A stretch of 62,982 bases of DNA, counting the filler, from Collodictyon triciliatum (Eukaryota): NCBI GenBank assembly GCA_043381765.1. It is 3 parts of 3 records of this genome, joined end to end, with 100 filler letters (N's around TTAATTAATTAA, not from the genome) between each part and the next. Parts side by side here need not be neighbours in the genome. Positions count along the whole stretch, not along the records: positions 1 to 22,710 come from JBHJMP010001074.1; 2 more parts are not named here. The stretch is one strand, 5' to 3'. The notes beneath the pieces are model-generated. The model searched no databases. It was not told the origin of the DNA and worked only from the letters and a program-made list of their open reading frames with translations. The translations under genes were made by a program, and so were the position numbers. This document shows positions 1 to 12,715 of this stretch, one piece after another. Numbering within the stretch: position 1 is the first letter of the stretch; each line of letters starts with the position of its first letter.

Positions 1-30
1 ATTTCTCCATAAAAAAAAAAAAAAAGAAAG

Positions 31-69
<39 letters not shown>

Positions 70-2729
70 CGACTGGACAGATGTTGCAATATATCTTGGT
101 GATATTATATGGAAGATTCTTACCAATGGCAATTTGAGCAATGCCTCCCTATTCGACCGATAGAGTCATTGATTAGATACTTTCACAGGGAAATTTAAAT
201 AAAGTGAAGATGAAATATTTTGAAATAACAAAGGGTGATTTTATGTATGAAAGGGGGAGAACAAGAAAGGAAACGAAAAGAAACTAGGGTCATGGCAAAA
301 TTAAACGTAACATAAATCCTGATGAAAATAGTCATACTTTTTTTCCCTTTATTCGATTCAAGTCATACATAAATAATGAGCGAAGGAAATACAATATGAT
401 TACCCCTTCGCGACCGAGGTAACACATCTCAGAGCAGAAATGGTGACCAGTTCTACTGACACCAGCCAATCTCTTTGGTGTGGGTGATGTTTCATAACCA
501 TTGACCTTATGGCACAAATTTTACAATCAAGTATTAAGGTATTGTGCATCTTAGTTGATGAGCTCGGGGTTAATTATGCATAATTGACCAGTTCATACAA
601 AGTCGCGCTGATACTGATTGATATCATATTTGCATAACCATATACCTGCCCACTGTAATTGACAATTCCATCTTCAGCACCACCTAAGACGAGAGTGCTT
701 TGAAGGACCACATTTCCACGGTTTGACACACCAGCACTCGCCATGGGAATGAGGACCTTGCGTTATGATGATTTAGATTGCTATTAGTGTAACCATCTCA
801 ATATGTGTTGGCCCATTATTGTCAGGTGATGCTAAAAAGCTTTGTGTGATTAATCCATCCATAGTAGTTCAGAATCAGCACGCCAATGTACATATGCATA
901 TAATAATAAAAAAAAAAATATATATAAAAGATATACATTAGCAACGTCGCCCATGCCACGAAGAGCCGATGCACCGGCACTGTGTCCACTGACTGCAAGA
1001 CTAAGTGGATATAAATAATGATGAGTTTCAATACTCTTCTTAGCTATTTCTCCAAACTACTCTGGTAACCTCTATATTAAAATATGGAGGAGGAGTAAGA
1101 AAAGAGGGTAGATGTGAGGAATGAAGTTTTGATGCTAAGCCGACCGAGTCATGTCAATGTATCCGCGAAGGAAAAGAAGATCGGGTTCAGTCATTTCTTT
1201 GAGGGCAGCGATGATTTTGTACGCGTCACCGGTCTGGTCGATCAGATCAAACTTGAAGTCCATAGCATCCTAATCAAGAATTAGTGCTTTTAAAATGAAG
1301 GGTTCGCTTTATGCTATGTGAACTATATACTGAATCAGTGGCGTTGCATGAAAAAAAATCATGGGACAATTCTATGTCATCTACAAGTTTTTTTTTTTCC
1401 CCTTTATTCGATTCAAATATGTGAATTCCATATGTATTTGCACGCGGATATGGTATACCTTCAAGTAGATTCCAGGATGGTCCGCGGCAATCACAACGAA
1501 CCCGCGCGAGGCCCAGTGTGTCATGTGATGGAGTGATTGGCCCTTCCATCCTCCAGTTCCATGAATAAAAACCATGACCTGTGCTTTGGATCAGTATCAT
1601 ACCAGAAATATGGCGACAAGAGGAAATTACTGCTTGATGTATATGTGTAACTGCTTTACGTAATTTTCTCCCTTTTTTTTTCCAGTAGAACAGATATGGA
1701 AAAAGAAGGAGATATATTTACTAACGGGATAAGGTCCATATCTCGTGTCAATAGGTAAATCACGATAGCAGAATGGGTCCATGCATATCTGCCATGGGTT
1801 TTCATCTGTCGAAAAAAGTAGGAGGAGGCATAAGTGAATAAACAAGTAAAAAAAAAATAATAAAGAATTGAAGAATTGAAGAATCCAAAAAGAAAAAGGA
1901 AGAAAGATGATATAGTCATTTATTTGCTACTTTGGCCAAATGAATAGGGAAACTCCTCAATATGATTGACTGAGTGTAGCACTTATAGATGTGTATGTTA
2001 ATCTGAAAGAAGTCTCCAAACCGTCTGGAATGAATCCATTGTAGCGGTCAGGTAGGAGCTCACGAATGTCCCAAACCTGGGGCTGTTTTCCGTCGGCTGA
2101 ACCAGGCGTGGCTGGGTACCAGATTTCACAATTCTGGTATGTATTTATATATAGTTGATGACGAGGGACACATAGGGGCCGTAAATGTAAGCGAGAATTA
2201 AGAAAAAGAAATAAAGTAAGGGTATGTGCACGTGTAAAGTTTTCATCAATACTAAATCAATAAAAGAAGAAAGGAGAAAGTGAAAATAAAAGGTTGAATA
2301 TTAATGATGTTGATGGCAAATATGTGGGTCATACCAAGGAACGAACTGTGATAGTAGCGTTGCGGACACCAATCAAGCTACGTATGGAGCCGCATTAACA
2401 GAGGTAGTGTTTAGGACGAATGTATTGAATAGTCCTTGGACTTATTAGACAATAAGTGTCGATATGTTTGAGTATGTTAGAGGGTCGGGATTGTAGTCTG
2501 ATATGAGATGAGGAAAAAAAATATAGCGAGGCACTGTCTTTTAGAAGAAGAAGAAAATGTTGAAGATCATGATAATGGTTCGTCAAGAGGACGAGGGAGG
2601 CAATACTGACTGAGGCCCAACAATGCCAGGATTCTCGGGGTTCACGGGAAGGTTTTGGTCACGGCACACGGACAGGACACACGCAGCGGAGCAAAATGCA
2701 GCAAGAAGCACAACAAAGATCCGCCTCAT
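1..2729 (-). CDS. Secreted alpha/beta hydrolase (chlorophyllase/PAF-acetylhydrolase-like), multi-exon, 3' end runs off the window
   Basis: ATG at 2729 with signal peptide MRRIFVVLLAAFCSAACVLS. Exons encode YGPYP, VFIHGTGGWKGQSLHHMTHWASRGFVVIAADHPG and the nucleophile elbow GHSAGA (~970-990). GT-AG introns. Confidence 0.85.
338..360 (-). mobile_element. Ultra-short A-tailed insertion, copy 1
   Basis: Minus strand TGAATCGAATAAAGGGAAAAAAA flanked by direct repeat AGTCATAC (330-337, 361-368). Intronic. Confidence 0.6.
1388..1417 (-). mobile_element. Ultra-short A-tailed insertion, copy 2
   Basis: Minus strand TTTGAATCGAATAAAGGGG plus A run. The flanking repeat is degenerate (TATGTCATCTACA / TATGTGAATTCCA). 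Intronic. Confidence 0.5.
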
Positions 2730-3298
2730 CGTTTCTGGTTCGACACGTAGAGTGAGTTTCGGTGTTACTTGCACTGGCCTACAAAAGCCCTTCAAAGTAG
2801 AAAGTAACCACTCCCTTTTTTTTAAAAAAAAAAAAAACTGTGGCAGCTGTGGCGTTTTTTGAAGTTTGCAAAGCAGAGGGGTTGACTACTGCTTAATGCT
2901 GTTATTTTCTCACTGTTTTCATTACTTCTTCTCCAAGAGCACATGGAAATTGGCATATTTTGTGGTTCTTTGATGGCTGGAGAGGATCCTTTGGGTTATC
3001 CTGCACAAGCCGCTTCTTTGTCGTGTCCTGTCCTCTGCCGATACCTGGTGCTGTGGTATGCTCGAGCCTTTGGGGTTGTGCGAGGCATCACGCGTTGAGA
3101 GTCATGCCACCGATTCGGAAAAAGGGGGCATATGACACTTTTCTTTCTCTGGAAGCATTTGCTACAATGACTATTTGTGAGCCACGATATTGATATTATT
3201 GCTATCCAGAGCTAATATGCGCTAGATAAAAGCGAAGTCCAGGACTTACATGTTCTATATTTTTATTATGTATGTCTTCCTCCCTAAAACAAGCAATC

Positions 3299-3370
3299 GG
3301 CTTAATGGTCTAGTGGTATGATTCTCCGTTCGGGTCGGAGAGGTCTCGGGTTCGATTCCCGATTGAGCCC
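3299..3370 (+). tRNA. tRNA-Pro (anticodon CGG)
   Basis: Acceptor stem GGCTTAA/TTGAGCC, anticodon arm CTCCG-TTCGGGT-CGGAG, T arm TCGGG-TTCGATT-CCCGA, followed by a T run (Pol III terminator). Confidence 0.95.
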
Positions 3371-3874
3371 GCACTATGTTTTTTTACGCTCATTGGTTCA
3401 TCGGTCTTTGCTTGCTCTCCTTGTTTTTTTTCGGCTCCCTGGTGACCAAACTTGATTTGCCTGTTTATCCTTTTTTTTTTTCTTTCTTGTTCCATTTTCT
3501 TTCCTTCCACGAGACTTTTATTCCATCACCGAAGATGGTTGCTGTAAGCCGAGAGCTCCTCCGCCCAAAATCCATCGCCATCAGTCGACCACATATGAAA
3601 AAAGACAAGGAAAAGAAGAGGAGCTTCATCGCCACCCTAGATTTCCCTTACCCATATATCTATCGCTATCAACATCACCACCAGAGCCTGACCTTTTCGC
3701 CAGCACAGACATTTATTTAGGAGCGCACCGGACTGCAGACACAAGGCAGAAGCGCATGCACGCAAGGGCAAGAAAAGATGTGTGGATGGCTAGGTTGAAA
3801 GCGCAGCAAGAGCTAGAGAAAAAGAAAAAAAAGAAATAGAAAAAAAAGGGGTCTAAAGAAGGAAGGGGAGGGCA

Positions 3875-4942
3875 CTACGCGACCTTGTAGACGGCGTTTG
3901 TCATGTCGTCCATGGCCTTGCGGTGGACAAGGAACTCTGTGACGTTGAAGAGGGTTGTTGCGGCGATCTCGCGGAGGGCGTCGCGGGTGAAGAAGGCCTG
4001 GTGGGCGGTGAGGATGATGTTTGGGGAGGTTGCGAGTGCGCGGAGGACGGGGTCGTCGATGCCGGGGTGCGAGTGGAAGAAGTACTTTGCCTCGTGCTCG
4101 TAGACATCGAGGCCGGCGCCGCGCAGGTGGGCGGAGGCGACGGCTTGGAGGACGGCCTGTGCGTCGACCAGGGCGCCGCGGGAGGTGTTGATGAGGATGG
4201 CGCCGGGCTTCATGCGTGCGAGGGCGCGGGCGTCGATGATGTGCCTGGTGGCGGGGACGAGGGGCATGTGGAGGGAGAGGATGTCGGCGTGCGCAAGGAC
4301 GTGGTCGAGCGGCGCGTACGTCACGCCGGGCGTCTGCGCCAGGGCCGCGTTGGGGTACGCGTCGTAGCACAGCAGGCGGCAGCCGAAGCCCAGGAAGATG
4401 CGCGCAGCCGCCTGCCCGATGGCCCCGGTCCCCAGCAGCCCCACCACGCGCCCCGCCATGTCGAAGCCCAGCAGCTCCCGCGTCAGCGCAAAGTGCCCCG
4501 CCGCGTTGTGCTGCATGGCCTGCGGCAGCCGCCGGTTCAGCGCAAGCGCAAGCAGCGCCGCATGCTCCGCAACCGCCCGCGGCGAGTACGCCGGCACCCG
4601 CGCAAGGCTCAGCCCCGCCGCCCGGCACGCCCCGACGTCCACCCGGTCGAACCCTGCGCACCGCAGCACAAGCAGCTCCGTGCCCCCCGCCCGCAGCGCC
4701 GCCACCGTCGCCGCGTCCGCCTCGTCGTTCACAAACAGGCACACGATCCGGTGCCCCTGCGCCAGCCCCGCCCGCTCCAGGTTCAGCTCCTCCCCCACGA
4801 ACCCCACCTCCACCCCGACCTTCCCGTACTCCGCCTCAAACTCCCGCACCGCCTCCTCGTCGTACTCCTGCGCGCTGTACACAAGCATCCGCACCCGCTC
4901 CTGCCCCGCTCCCGCTCCCGTCTCCTCGCCTCCGCTGCTCAT
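3875..4942 (-). CDS. ldhA: NAD-dependent D-lactate dehydrogenase (LdhA-like D-2-hydroxyacid dehydrogenase), intronless, ~355 aa
   Basis: Motifs LRCAGFDRVD, RVPAYSPRAVAEHA, Rossmann GTGAIG, INTSRGALVD, LDVYEHE, TAHQAFFT. Start taken at MSSGG (4942) because the upstream ORF extension looks non-coding. Confidence 0.93.
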   Translation of the reverse strand: MSSGGEETGAGAGQERVRMLVYSAQEYDEEAVREFEAEYGKVGVEVGFVGEELNLERAGLAQGHRIVCLFVNDEADAATVAALRAGGTELLVLRCAGFDRVDVGACRAAGLSLARVPAYSPRAVAEHAALLALALNRRLPQAMQHNAAGHFALTRELLGFDMAGRVVGLLGTGAIGQAAARIFLGFGCRLLCYDAYPNAALAQTPGVTYAPLDHVLAHADILSLHMPLVPATRHIIDARALARMKPGAILINTSRGALVDAQAVLQAVASAHLRGAGLDVYEHEAKYFFHSHPGIDDPVLRALATSPNIILTAHQAFFTRDALREIAATTLFNVTEFLVHRKAMDDMTNAVYKVA

Positions 4943-5544
4943 CCTGTCCCGCTCTGGCCCTGTGTGGCAAGACTCCCTGTTAGTATCCCCTCTTCTCCTC
5001 TTGCGTAGAGGCCTTCTTTCCTCCTGGCGTTTTGGTTCTCTGCCGTTGCCTCCAATTCGTTCTTGCTTTCTTGCTTGTCTCTTCTGTACTGCTTCATTCG
5101 GATTGCTTGTCTGGCGGGGGCTGTGTCGCCTGAATGTGAGCTTATATGCACCCGAGACTGATTCCATTGCCCTGGGCTGGCTTCCTGTGGTGACGCGCTG
5201 GTGACGCGGCGTGCTGCTGGCGTGACGGTGTCTTCACCTCTTTCGCTTGCCGCCTCTGTGGTCTTCCTTGGTGCCCTGGCACATGCGAAACACACGCCAA
5301 GCACGCAGAAAATGTGCCATTTTTGAGGAAGCAGAGTTTTTTTTTTTCTTCAATAGTGGAAAATATAACACAACTACTGGGCTGTAAAGTTTAATTTCGT
5401 TGTTCGTATCCCTTTGACAGTTACCCAAAGCAGATAGAACAAAGTTGAGTGATATGTGAACATCAAAGTCATTGGCGCATTTAAAAAACAGTATCACCAC
5501 AAACGGATACACCAGCGGTAGGTTTCGCAACACAAAAAGTATCA

Positions 5545-5616
5545 TGACCCCACGCAGATTTGAACTGCGATTGTCAGATTCAGAGTCTGAAGTGCTAACC
5601 GTTACACCATGGAGCC
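5545..5616 (-). tRNA. tRNA-Gln (anticodon CTG)
   Basis: Minus strand GGCTCCATGGTGTAACGGTTAGCAC-TTCAGA-CTCTGAA-TCTGA-CAATCGCAGTTCAAATCTGCGTGGGGTCA folds into a cloverleaf, with a T run downstream. Confidence 0.93.
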
Positions 5617-5757
5617 CGTTGTCAGTTTCGCACGATTTTTAATAAAGTATAAACTATAGTTCACATCCGTGCTTTTCTCTTTTTTTCCTTTTTCTCTTTA
5701 GCGGGTTTATCGTTGATGTTTATGCGAACCGAAGTTGCCTGCAGATCTTCCTCCTAT

Positions 5758-7750
5758 TCATTCATTCGGGCGGCCTTCCTTGATAAAGATGGTTGAAAGC
5801 GCACTAAGAACCACCGCGCAGTTGAGGACTACGACCAACATGCCCGCTCCGAATCGGTCGTAGTATGGGCCGTCTTCTCTGGCTTTCATTTGGAAAGTGC
5901 GGCGAACGTAGATGATATAGGCATAAATTGTGAAAAATACTCCAGTACCTAGCAAAATAAGCGACCCAACCATAACACCTCGACGGTCAGACAGCCTGCA
6001 TACCATCACCAGTTCATACAGAAAATAACAAACAGTACAATCAGTGTCCCATAATGTCATTCAAATTGGAATCAGATGGAGAGGGAAAGGTGGAAGTGAG
6101 GAGGAGAAGAAACAAAGAAAAAGTAAGAAAAAAAGATAGTATGTTTAATACGAGTATACGAAAATTAAAGAGCAAGTGTAATTGCAACATAGCTTTGATC
6201 GTCAAAGTAGAATGAAATAAAATAAAATATGGTTTTGCTTATCAAATCATATTCAATTCTCACCCAAGGAAGCTAAGTGCAAAAACACAAAGCGTAAGAG
6301 AAATCTTGACCCAAGAGAGATAAGTTCTTTCGTTGGCGAAGAAAGTTTTGGGCTCTACTCTCATAGGGTATTTGATTGCCAAATCTTTCGACATGGAACA
6401 ACAACTAGATTCGTACGGATTGTTTTCAGCAACGTGCCTACGATTGGCCAGCTGACTATTCTGAGGATATCCTGGCGGCGATGAATCTCCTTTAATCACC
6501 GGTTCAACCTTCTAATGCATAAATGTTCAGGTTGTATTAAAAATGATTTCGTGCACTTAATCATTATTATTATTATCATTATCATTAAGAAAAGGACTTT
6601 GCTTGACTTAAAATGTAAGAGAAGCCTAAGTCCCTTCCCTTAATGTTTCAGGAAATAAACTCACCGAATAATCTTTCGTCTTTGCTCCTGTTCCGCGAGC
6701 AGATTGTTTTTTGACATTTGTTGAATGAACTTTCTCTCCAACACTGCTGTCTCCAGTCACTGGAGCCTTAAAAGTACTCGAAGATGGTGGTTTCGGTTTC
6801 ATCCCATCGATCCTTTTTATCCACTCTGGATGTGATGGAACTTGTGTGGGCAATAAAGATGCGCATCCATATAAATATTTTGAAAACTGCTCAGCTTTAA
6901 TCAATATGGGGTCATCCAAAAGAGTTTGAATCCAGGACGGAATGCTCTGTCTATTTAATTTTAATTCGAAAATTTTGTTTAAAAAATAAAAGCAACATTA
7001 CAAACATGCTTTTCTTATAGAAAGAATGAGGGGGGGGGGGGGGGGGGGGGATAAAAAAAAAANNNNNNNNNNGGTGGGGTGGGGGGGATGTGGGGTGGTG
7101 TGAAGGGGTGGGTGGGGGGGGGGGTGGTGGTGGTTAAACAGCACAAATTCTAGTGAAAAGGAGAAAATCATTCATACTAAAGTATGTGAATATATCCATA
7201 GATTAAGGTATAAAAATTGAAATGAAATGAAAGACAAACCCAAGGTCATTTTGTGTTTTGATTTCAAGAACAGCGAAAGGCAACTGCGCCGAGTGGTCAA
7301 TGGACATTCCAGTTCTTGTGTCCCTTTTCCATTCACCCATTCTAAATCGCTCGAGTACATAACGAACATTCGCATCCAATGTAATCCGAATGTCACTAGA
7401 CCCTGGTTGTTTAAACTCTGTACGGTTGAAGGACACGCGTACAGCAGGAACAAGTTGCTTCATTTCAACCAACCTTTGAATTTCATGACCAAGCTTCAAC
7501 GTTTCTATAATCTCATCTTCACTCATACCTTGCTCTCGAAATTTAGGAGCTTCGTCGTTTAAACTGGCTGTTCCGGTTAAAAACGGAACCAACTTGTCTG
7601 TGTTCATTTCGATGGATTTTTTTTCATTATATGAACCAGTCGGTGGTGTGTGTAGTGTAATTTTCTCAACTGAAGCTTTCAAAGGTTCCTCATTTCCGTA
7701 CCATCTGATGCAAATCAAGGACGATTTCTAGTATTTGTAAGGGAGGGATA

Positions 7751-7845
<95 letters not shown>

Positions 7846-9262
7846 GAAGGAAGGAAGGAAGGAAGGAAGGAAGGAAGGAAGAAAGAAAGAAAGAAAGGAA
7901 GAAAGAAAGGAAGAAAGAAAGAAAGAAAAGGAAAGGAAAGAGTGTTACTATATGTATCGTTTACCAAAACAAGAAAATTATCCTTAACAATTTTACTCAA
8001 GGAAGCACGCAAAATAAGAAGTTACGTCTTTTTGATCCAATCGGCTAGAGTACATTTCCATGGCAGCATTATCATAATAAACACTAGAGACGTTCTGGTT
8101 ATCTGCTATTCCGTCAACCTGGGTAATCGGCAGGTATTTCGAGATAAGGACCTTCAGTTTTGTCATGTCCTCTAATTTCACCCAGAATTTTCTTGCCCTT
8201 CGAACAGAAATATGAGAGTGAGCTGATCTTTCAGCAGAACCTTGTGCCTTTTCTCCTCTCAATTTGCTGTTCAATTGACTTAAACTTATCAGAACTTTGT
8301 CCAGCTTATCATTCAAAAACGGTTCCTTCCATAATCGCACCATGTAGCTTTGCATCAGTTGAATAGGGGAGTGCTTGTCGTGCTTTTTTAGAATTTTTAC
8401 AAATCCCGTCATATTGAGGTTAACAAATTTTTCTAGATTAATTAGATCCTGCTCGCACGACTCAACTTGCGCTTTCATAGCCTCGGTTTCTTCTGAACTC
8501 TGATTAACAAAAGAAAGAAAGAAAAGAATTTTGATATTCAATCGAAACAAACTTGACATCAACTTCAATTCTCTTTTCTCTCGATCGATATTATCTTTCA
8601 AAGATCAAAAAATAATAATCTACGTTATCTTGCTGGTATGGATCATTTGTATAAGATGTAATTTTGAAAATAAAACTAAATGAATCATGAGCGAGGGCTC
8701 TTTTCTAAAATGTATAAACTCACAAGGTTTTCTTCAGAGGCAAGCAAGCTTGTGACTCGTGAACGTATCTCCTGTCCGGTGGCTATGGTAAACTGATTTA
8801 TCTTGGAGATTTCCTGATCAATCTTCCCAGCAAAATCAGACTCGTTCAACTCTCCTTTCACAGACTTATCACGGCTCGTCACTGACTCTACCAAAGACCT
8901 CTGCGGACCTAGTTGAGGTAATATCAAAATGAAACAGACAGCTCTTTTATAACCCAATAACAAAACTGTTGCTCGAACTATTTGTGCTACACGAAGAAGC
9001 AACAGAAAGAATCAAATAAAATTTAGATGCTCATGGTGTTCAAAAAGAAACAAACAAACAAACAAACAAACAAACAAAAACAAACAAGCAAAGGAAAAGG
9101 AAAAGAAAAAGAAAAAGAAAAAGAAAAAGAAATACTCTTCGAAAGCAGACCTGTTTCGCCCAACTTCATCGTTTTGAGAAGCTCCTTCAGTCCCTTGTAG
9201 TCGATGTAGTGCGCTTCCCAACCAGAAACGAGATTGCTCTCGAGGTAACGGCCAAACTTCAT
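5758..9262 (-). CDS. Vacuolar transporter chaperone (VTC2/3/4 family; SPX + VTC + DUF202 domains), multi-exon
   Basis: SPX start MKFGRYL...YIDYKGLK and FVNLNMTGFVKILKKHDK. VTC domain SSVYYDN, IRWYG, RITLD, VLEIK, FSKY. DUF202 RVEPKTFFANERTYLSW plus three TM segments and GPYYDRFG. Confidence 0.93.
7030..7133. repeat. Poly-G / G-rich tract around a 10-N gap, intronic
   Basis: G run at 7030-7050, Ns at 7063-7072, then GGGGT-like units. Confidence 0.8.
7750..7940. repeat. (GAAA)n/(GGAA)n microsatellite in a VTC intron
   Basis: Seen directly in the sequence. Confidence 0.95.
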
Positions 9263-9794
9263 CTTGATTTCTCCCTGCAGATAAAACTGTGTTCAGACGA
9301 CCATCCACTCCCGCTTATGATTCTGGTCCGTGGCGATTCTTGGGTGATGTTGGCTGGATCCTCGCAGATTTCGATCAGAAAGGCCAAGCACTATATGTGG
9401 AAAAACTGTTTCGATTGCAATCAATCAATGTGGGAACAATATTTGTGGAGTATATACTTTATATTATTTAAAGTAGAATATTAGGCTTAATTGAGAAATT
9501 CTATAATTAAAATAAATATTAATACACACAAAATTATCATTAATTCGGATATTAACCTGTTTCCGTTACTGTCTCACCCGGACATGTTTGCAAAAAACCC
9601 TGATAACGGAATCCTGGTTTTGGACAAAGCAAACGGAATCCACTGGCAGATCCCTAATCAACCGCAACCGATCAACAACCCACCCACCGACACAAGTAGG
9701 AAGCAAATCAAATCCAATCAAAGAAAAAAGAAAAGAAAAAGAACAGATCAAGTAAAAATATCCAAACCCAACCCTGCAAAGAAGCCCCAGAGAC

Positions 9795-10814
9795 ATGAGA
9801 CTAGGCACGCAGTACCGACCAGACGGTCGTGGCCGGGATACATTCATCTTCCGCGAGCCACTCCTGACCTACGGCAAAGTCGGGCCGGTGCATCTCCTTG
9901 AGCCGCCAGTCTATCCCCTTCACGAGCGCGAACAAGAGCGCCTTGCACAGACCAAAGGCCGCTTCAAGCACGTCCCGCCCAAGGTGGACACGGGCTTGCA
10001 CCATTCTCCTCTCGGCAGCGTTTCCCCCCACCAGCAGTCTGGCTACACCACAGAGGCTTCTGGCAGCCCCAACGCCAACACCAAGCCCAGGGCTGTGTCG
10101 GCCGATGCCGTCCGGATATCGTCGCGCTTTCCTCCGTTGGATGCCTCTTCTGCCGGTCTGAGAGCCACAAACGAAGTCTCCTTCAAGGCCAAGAAGGCGC
10201 CTGTCTGGAAGCACACCCCCCAGGCTGCGGCTGACTCGGAGGCTTCCTCGCCGGTCCGTTTTCTGAGTTTTATTTTTTCTTTTTCCGTCCACAGTCAGGA
10301 TGTCGACAAGGAAAGTTTCCTGGTTGTAATAGCTTATCGGGTTCTTTTTGTTTATTCCCCTGCTTTCTCTTTCTCCCTTTCTCCCCCCGGTGCTTCTATA
10401 GGTCAAACATAGCGACCTCAGTGGGTTGAGCATCGTTCGTGATAATTACGATCCAACCCCGAAACTTCCCGAGAGGAAGATTCAAGGCACGGTGGACCGT
10501 TTATACCGCAACCATAAACCCCACGAAGAGGACAGCCAGGAGGTAGGTTGAGACATACGGTTTCATGTAATCTTATGATCAAGAAGCTATTGAAATGGTT
10601 ATATTTCATACAGTCTTGGGAAGATAAACAACACTGAAATATTATAACTCTTCTCCATTCTGAACAGCTTATTTTCCACCAGAACTAAAGCTTACTAATT
10701 TTCTTTTGCTCCTATTAAACGAAGCAGGATACCAGCCCGAAGGCAAAGACACCAAAGAACCCTCATGTGGATTACACACGCTGGCCATACGCATCCAACG
10801 TTATCTCCAAGTGA
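9795..10814 (+). CDS. Unknown basic/low-complexity protein, about 3 exons
   Basis: GC-rich first exon MRLGTQYRPDGRGRDTFIF..., further GT-AG-bounded open segments, ending ...YASNVISK* at 10814. Confidence 0.6.
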
Positions 10815-11242
10815 GGCTTGGTTCCCTTGTAGCCTGACATTCTTTGATACCACGGAAGACTGACGCCACGCACCCTTCTGAGTGTGTATCCTTCCTCTTT
10901 TTCTTCCTTTCTTTATTTCTCTCACTCTCCCATCGCAATATTACCATGATGATTAACCAATGACGAAAAAGAAAATATGAAAACAATCACACACCATACG
11001 AATATAAATCGTGTCAGATGAGGAAGCATGTTGGTCTCTGATTATGTACGAACGAAATAAACACAATACATTAAGAGAAACCCTATGTATTCAAAAAAAA
11101 TTGTCATTCTTTTATATTTATTTTTCTCCCATATCGAAGTGGATTGTGACTTTTTTTTCAGATGAGCATATTGGTGGCTCCAATTTTTCTCTTTATCAAC
11201 AGCGACCGAATCAAATTATGGGATTATTTTCCCACAAATCCT

Positions 11243-11937
11243 CTACTCAGTTCCCAGTCGGTAGCCCTTGGGCTCTTTGCTTGGAGGCTGCGGCTTGTCT
11301 TGGGATGTGGGCTGTATTATTTGATAAAAAAAAATCAGCAACTTTGGGATACCCTAGTCCCAAATATTGTAATCAAATCCTGTTCGCAGGTATCAGAACG
11401 AAATGATACGCGCAGTAGATTTTAGAGCAAGTAACAATATATTGATACTATGATGATATGACCAAAGTGGTAGTGGGAATTTTCCCTCCCTTTGGTTAGT
11501 ACCATATGTGCTTGACTGCCCTGGGCATCCTGCTGGGCCTGAAGTTGTTGTTGAGACCGCATGTAAATAAAATAAAACAGCCCTCCTGCGAGAGCCGGTC
11601 TTGGGCCAAAGATGACACCCATTATCCCAATCAGAACAAGAGCGTAGACCGGGATGCTCATCCCAAGAATCGAAACAGGGGGATACCCAAAGCTCAGCAT
11701 CTCGATGTATTTCTATGTTAAGTGGCACGTCAGTATTCAATCGGACAGATAGTAAGTGGTCTGAGTACAAATATGATTGATTCGGGTGAATCGACTTCAT
11801 GTACAGATACCTGCAAGGGAGTTGATTCGTTTGGCCGAGCGCGGAGTTCCAAAGTCCGTCTGTTTCCTCCTTCCTCCTGGGGCATCGCGTGTGGCTCGCT
11901 CTGTGAAAATAATAATAAAAATAATAAAAATAATAAA

Positions 11938-11980
<43 letters not shown>

Positions 11981-12308
11981 GTAATAAGTGCGACAATAGT
12001 GAGCATCGAGGTTGCGAGACAATAATTTTTTTTTGGACCTGGTGTGTGTCTATGTAAGCTTGGCGAGATACAGAACCCAAAGGATAACTAAGAAAAAAAG
12101 GAAAAAAGAAAAAAAGAAAAAAAGAAAAAAAGGAAAAAAAAAGGAAAAAGGAGGTATAAGATAAGCTCACCCGCTGGGATCCACCCCTGTTAGTTGGGGG
12201 TGTTGACGACAGGGACGACAAAGTTGCAAACTGAGGTGCCCCGGGTCTGCGGTTGGAGCTGCTTCTCGGCTCGTCGGGAACGATCTCGCCGTTCACAATC
12301 CGCGGCAT
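11243..12308 (-). CDS. FAM241/DUF4605-like small membrane protein, 4 exons
   Basis: N-terminus MPRIVNGEIVPDEPR resembles the FAM241 start. Exon with FGYPPVSILG plus hydrophobic hairpin. Last exon ...KGYRLGTE*. Exon phases are consistent. Confidence 0.7.
11906..11986. repeat. (AAT)n microsatellite, intronic
   Basis: Seen directly in the sequence. Confidence 0.95.
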
Positions 12309-12715
12309 TGTTTGCAAGAGTTGTTTTTGTTTTCTGTGTTGTTGTCTGTGCGCGTGGTGTTTTGCTTGGATTTGCAAGATTGGAGTAAAGCGAAGACTTT
12401 GTGCTAAGTACGAGTCACATATATCATGGCTAATGATCTCATCATAACAAAATCTGTAGGATTAGCATATAAAAGGAGTCAAAAAATTGAGTAACAATAA
12501 AGTTTTGTCATATATTCCAGAAATGATAAATTAAAGTGGAATACATAGCATCAATTCTCAACTTCGAGCCACACAAAATCCAGCCATCGCGATGAAGCCG
12601 CCCGCAAGAAAAAGCAACAATCCTGCATACAAGGGCATGACTTGTTTTTCAGGTTTCCTCAAAAAATATTGTAACGTCCCTGCCATGTTCCTTTTTTTTT
12701 TTAACAGCAACAATA

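Noticed and set aside
3813-5204. Long overlapping ORFs (3923-5008 +, 3813-4742 -, 4398-5204 +)
   Set aside because: These are shadow frames produced by the high GC content of the D-LDH gene.
7030-7133. G-rich tract as a G-quadruplex or telomeric repeat
   Set aside because: It is irregular and adjacent to a gap, so it may be a sequencing or assembly artefact.
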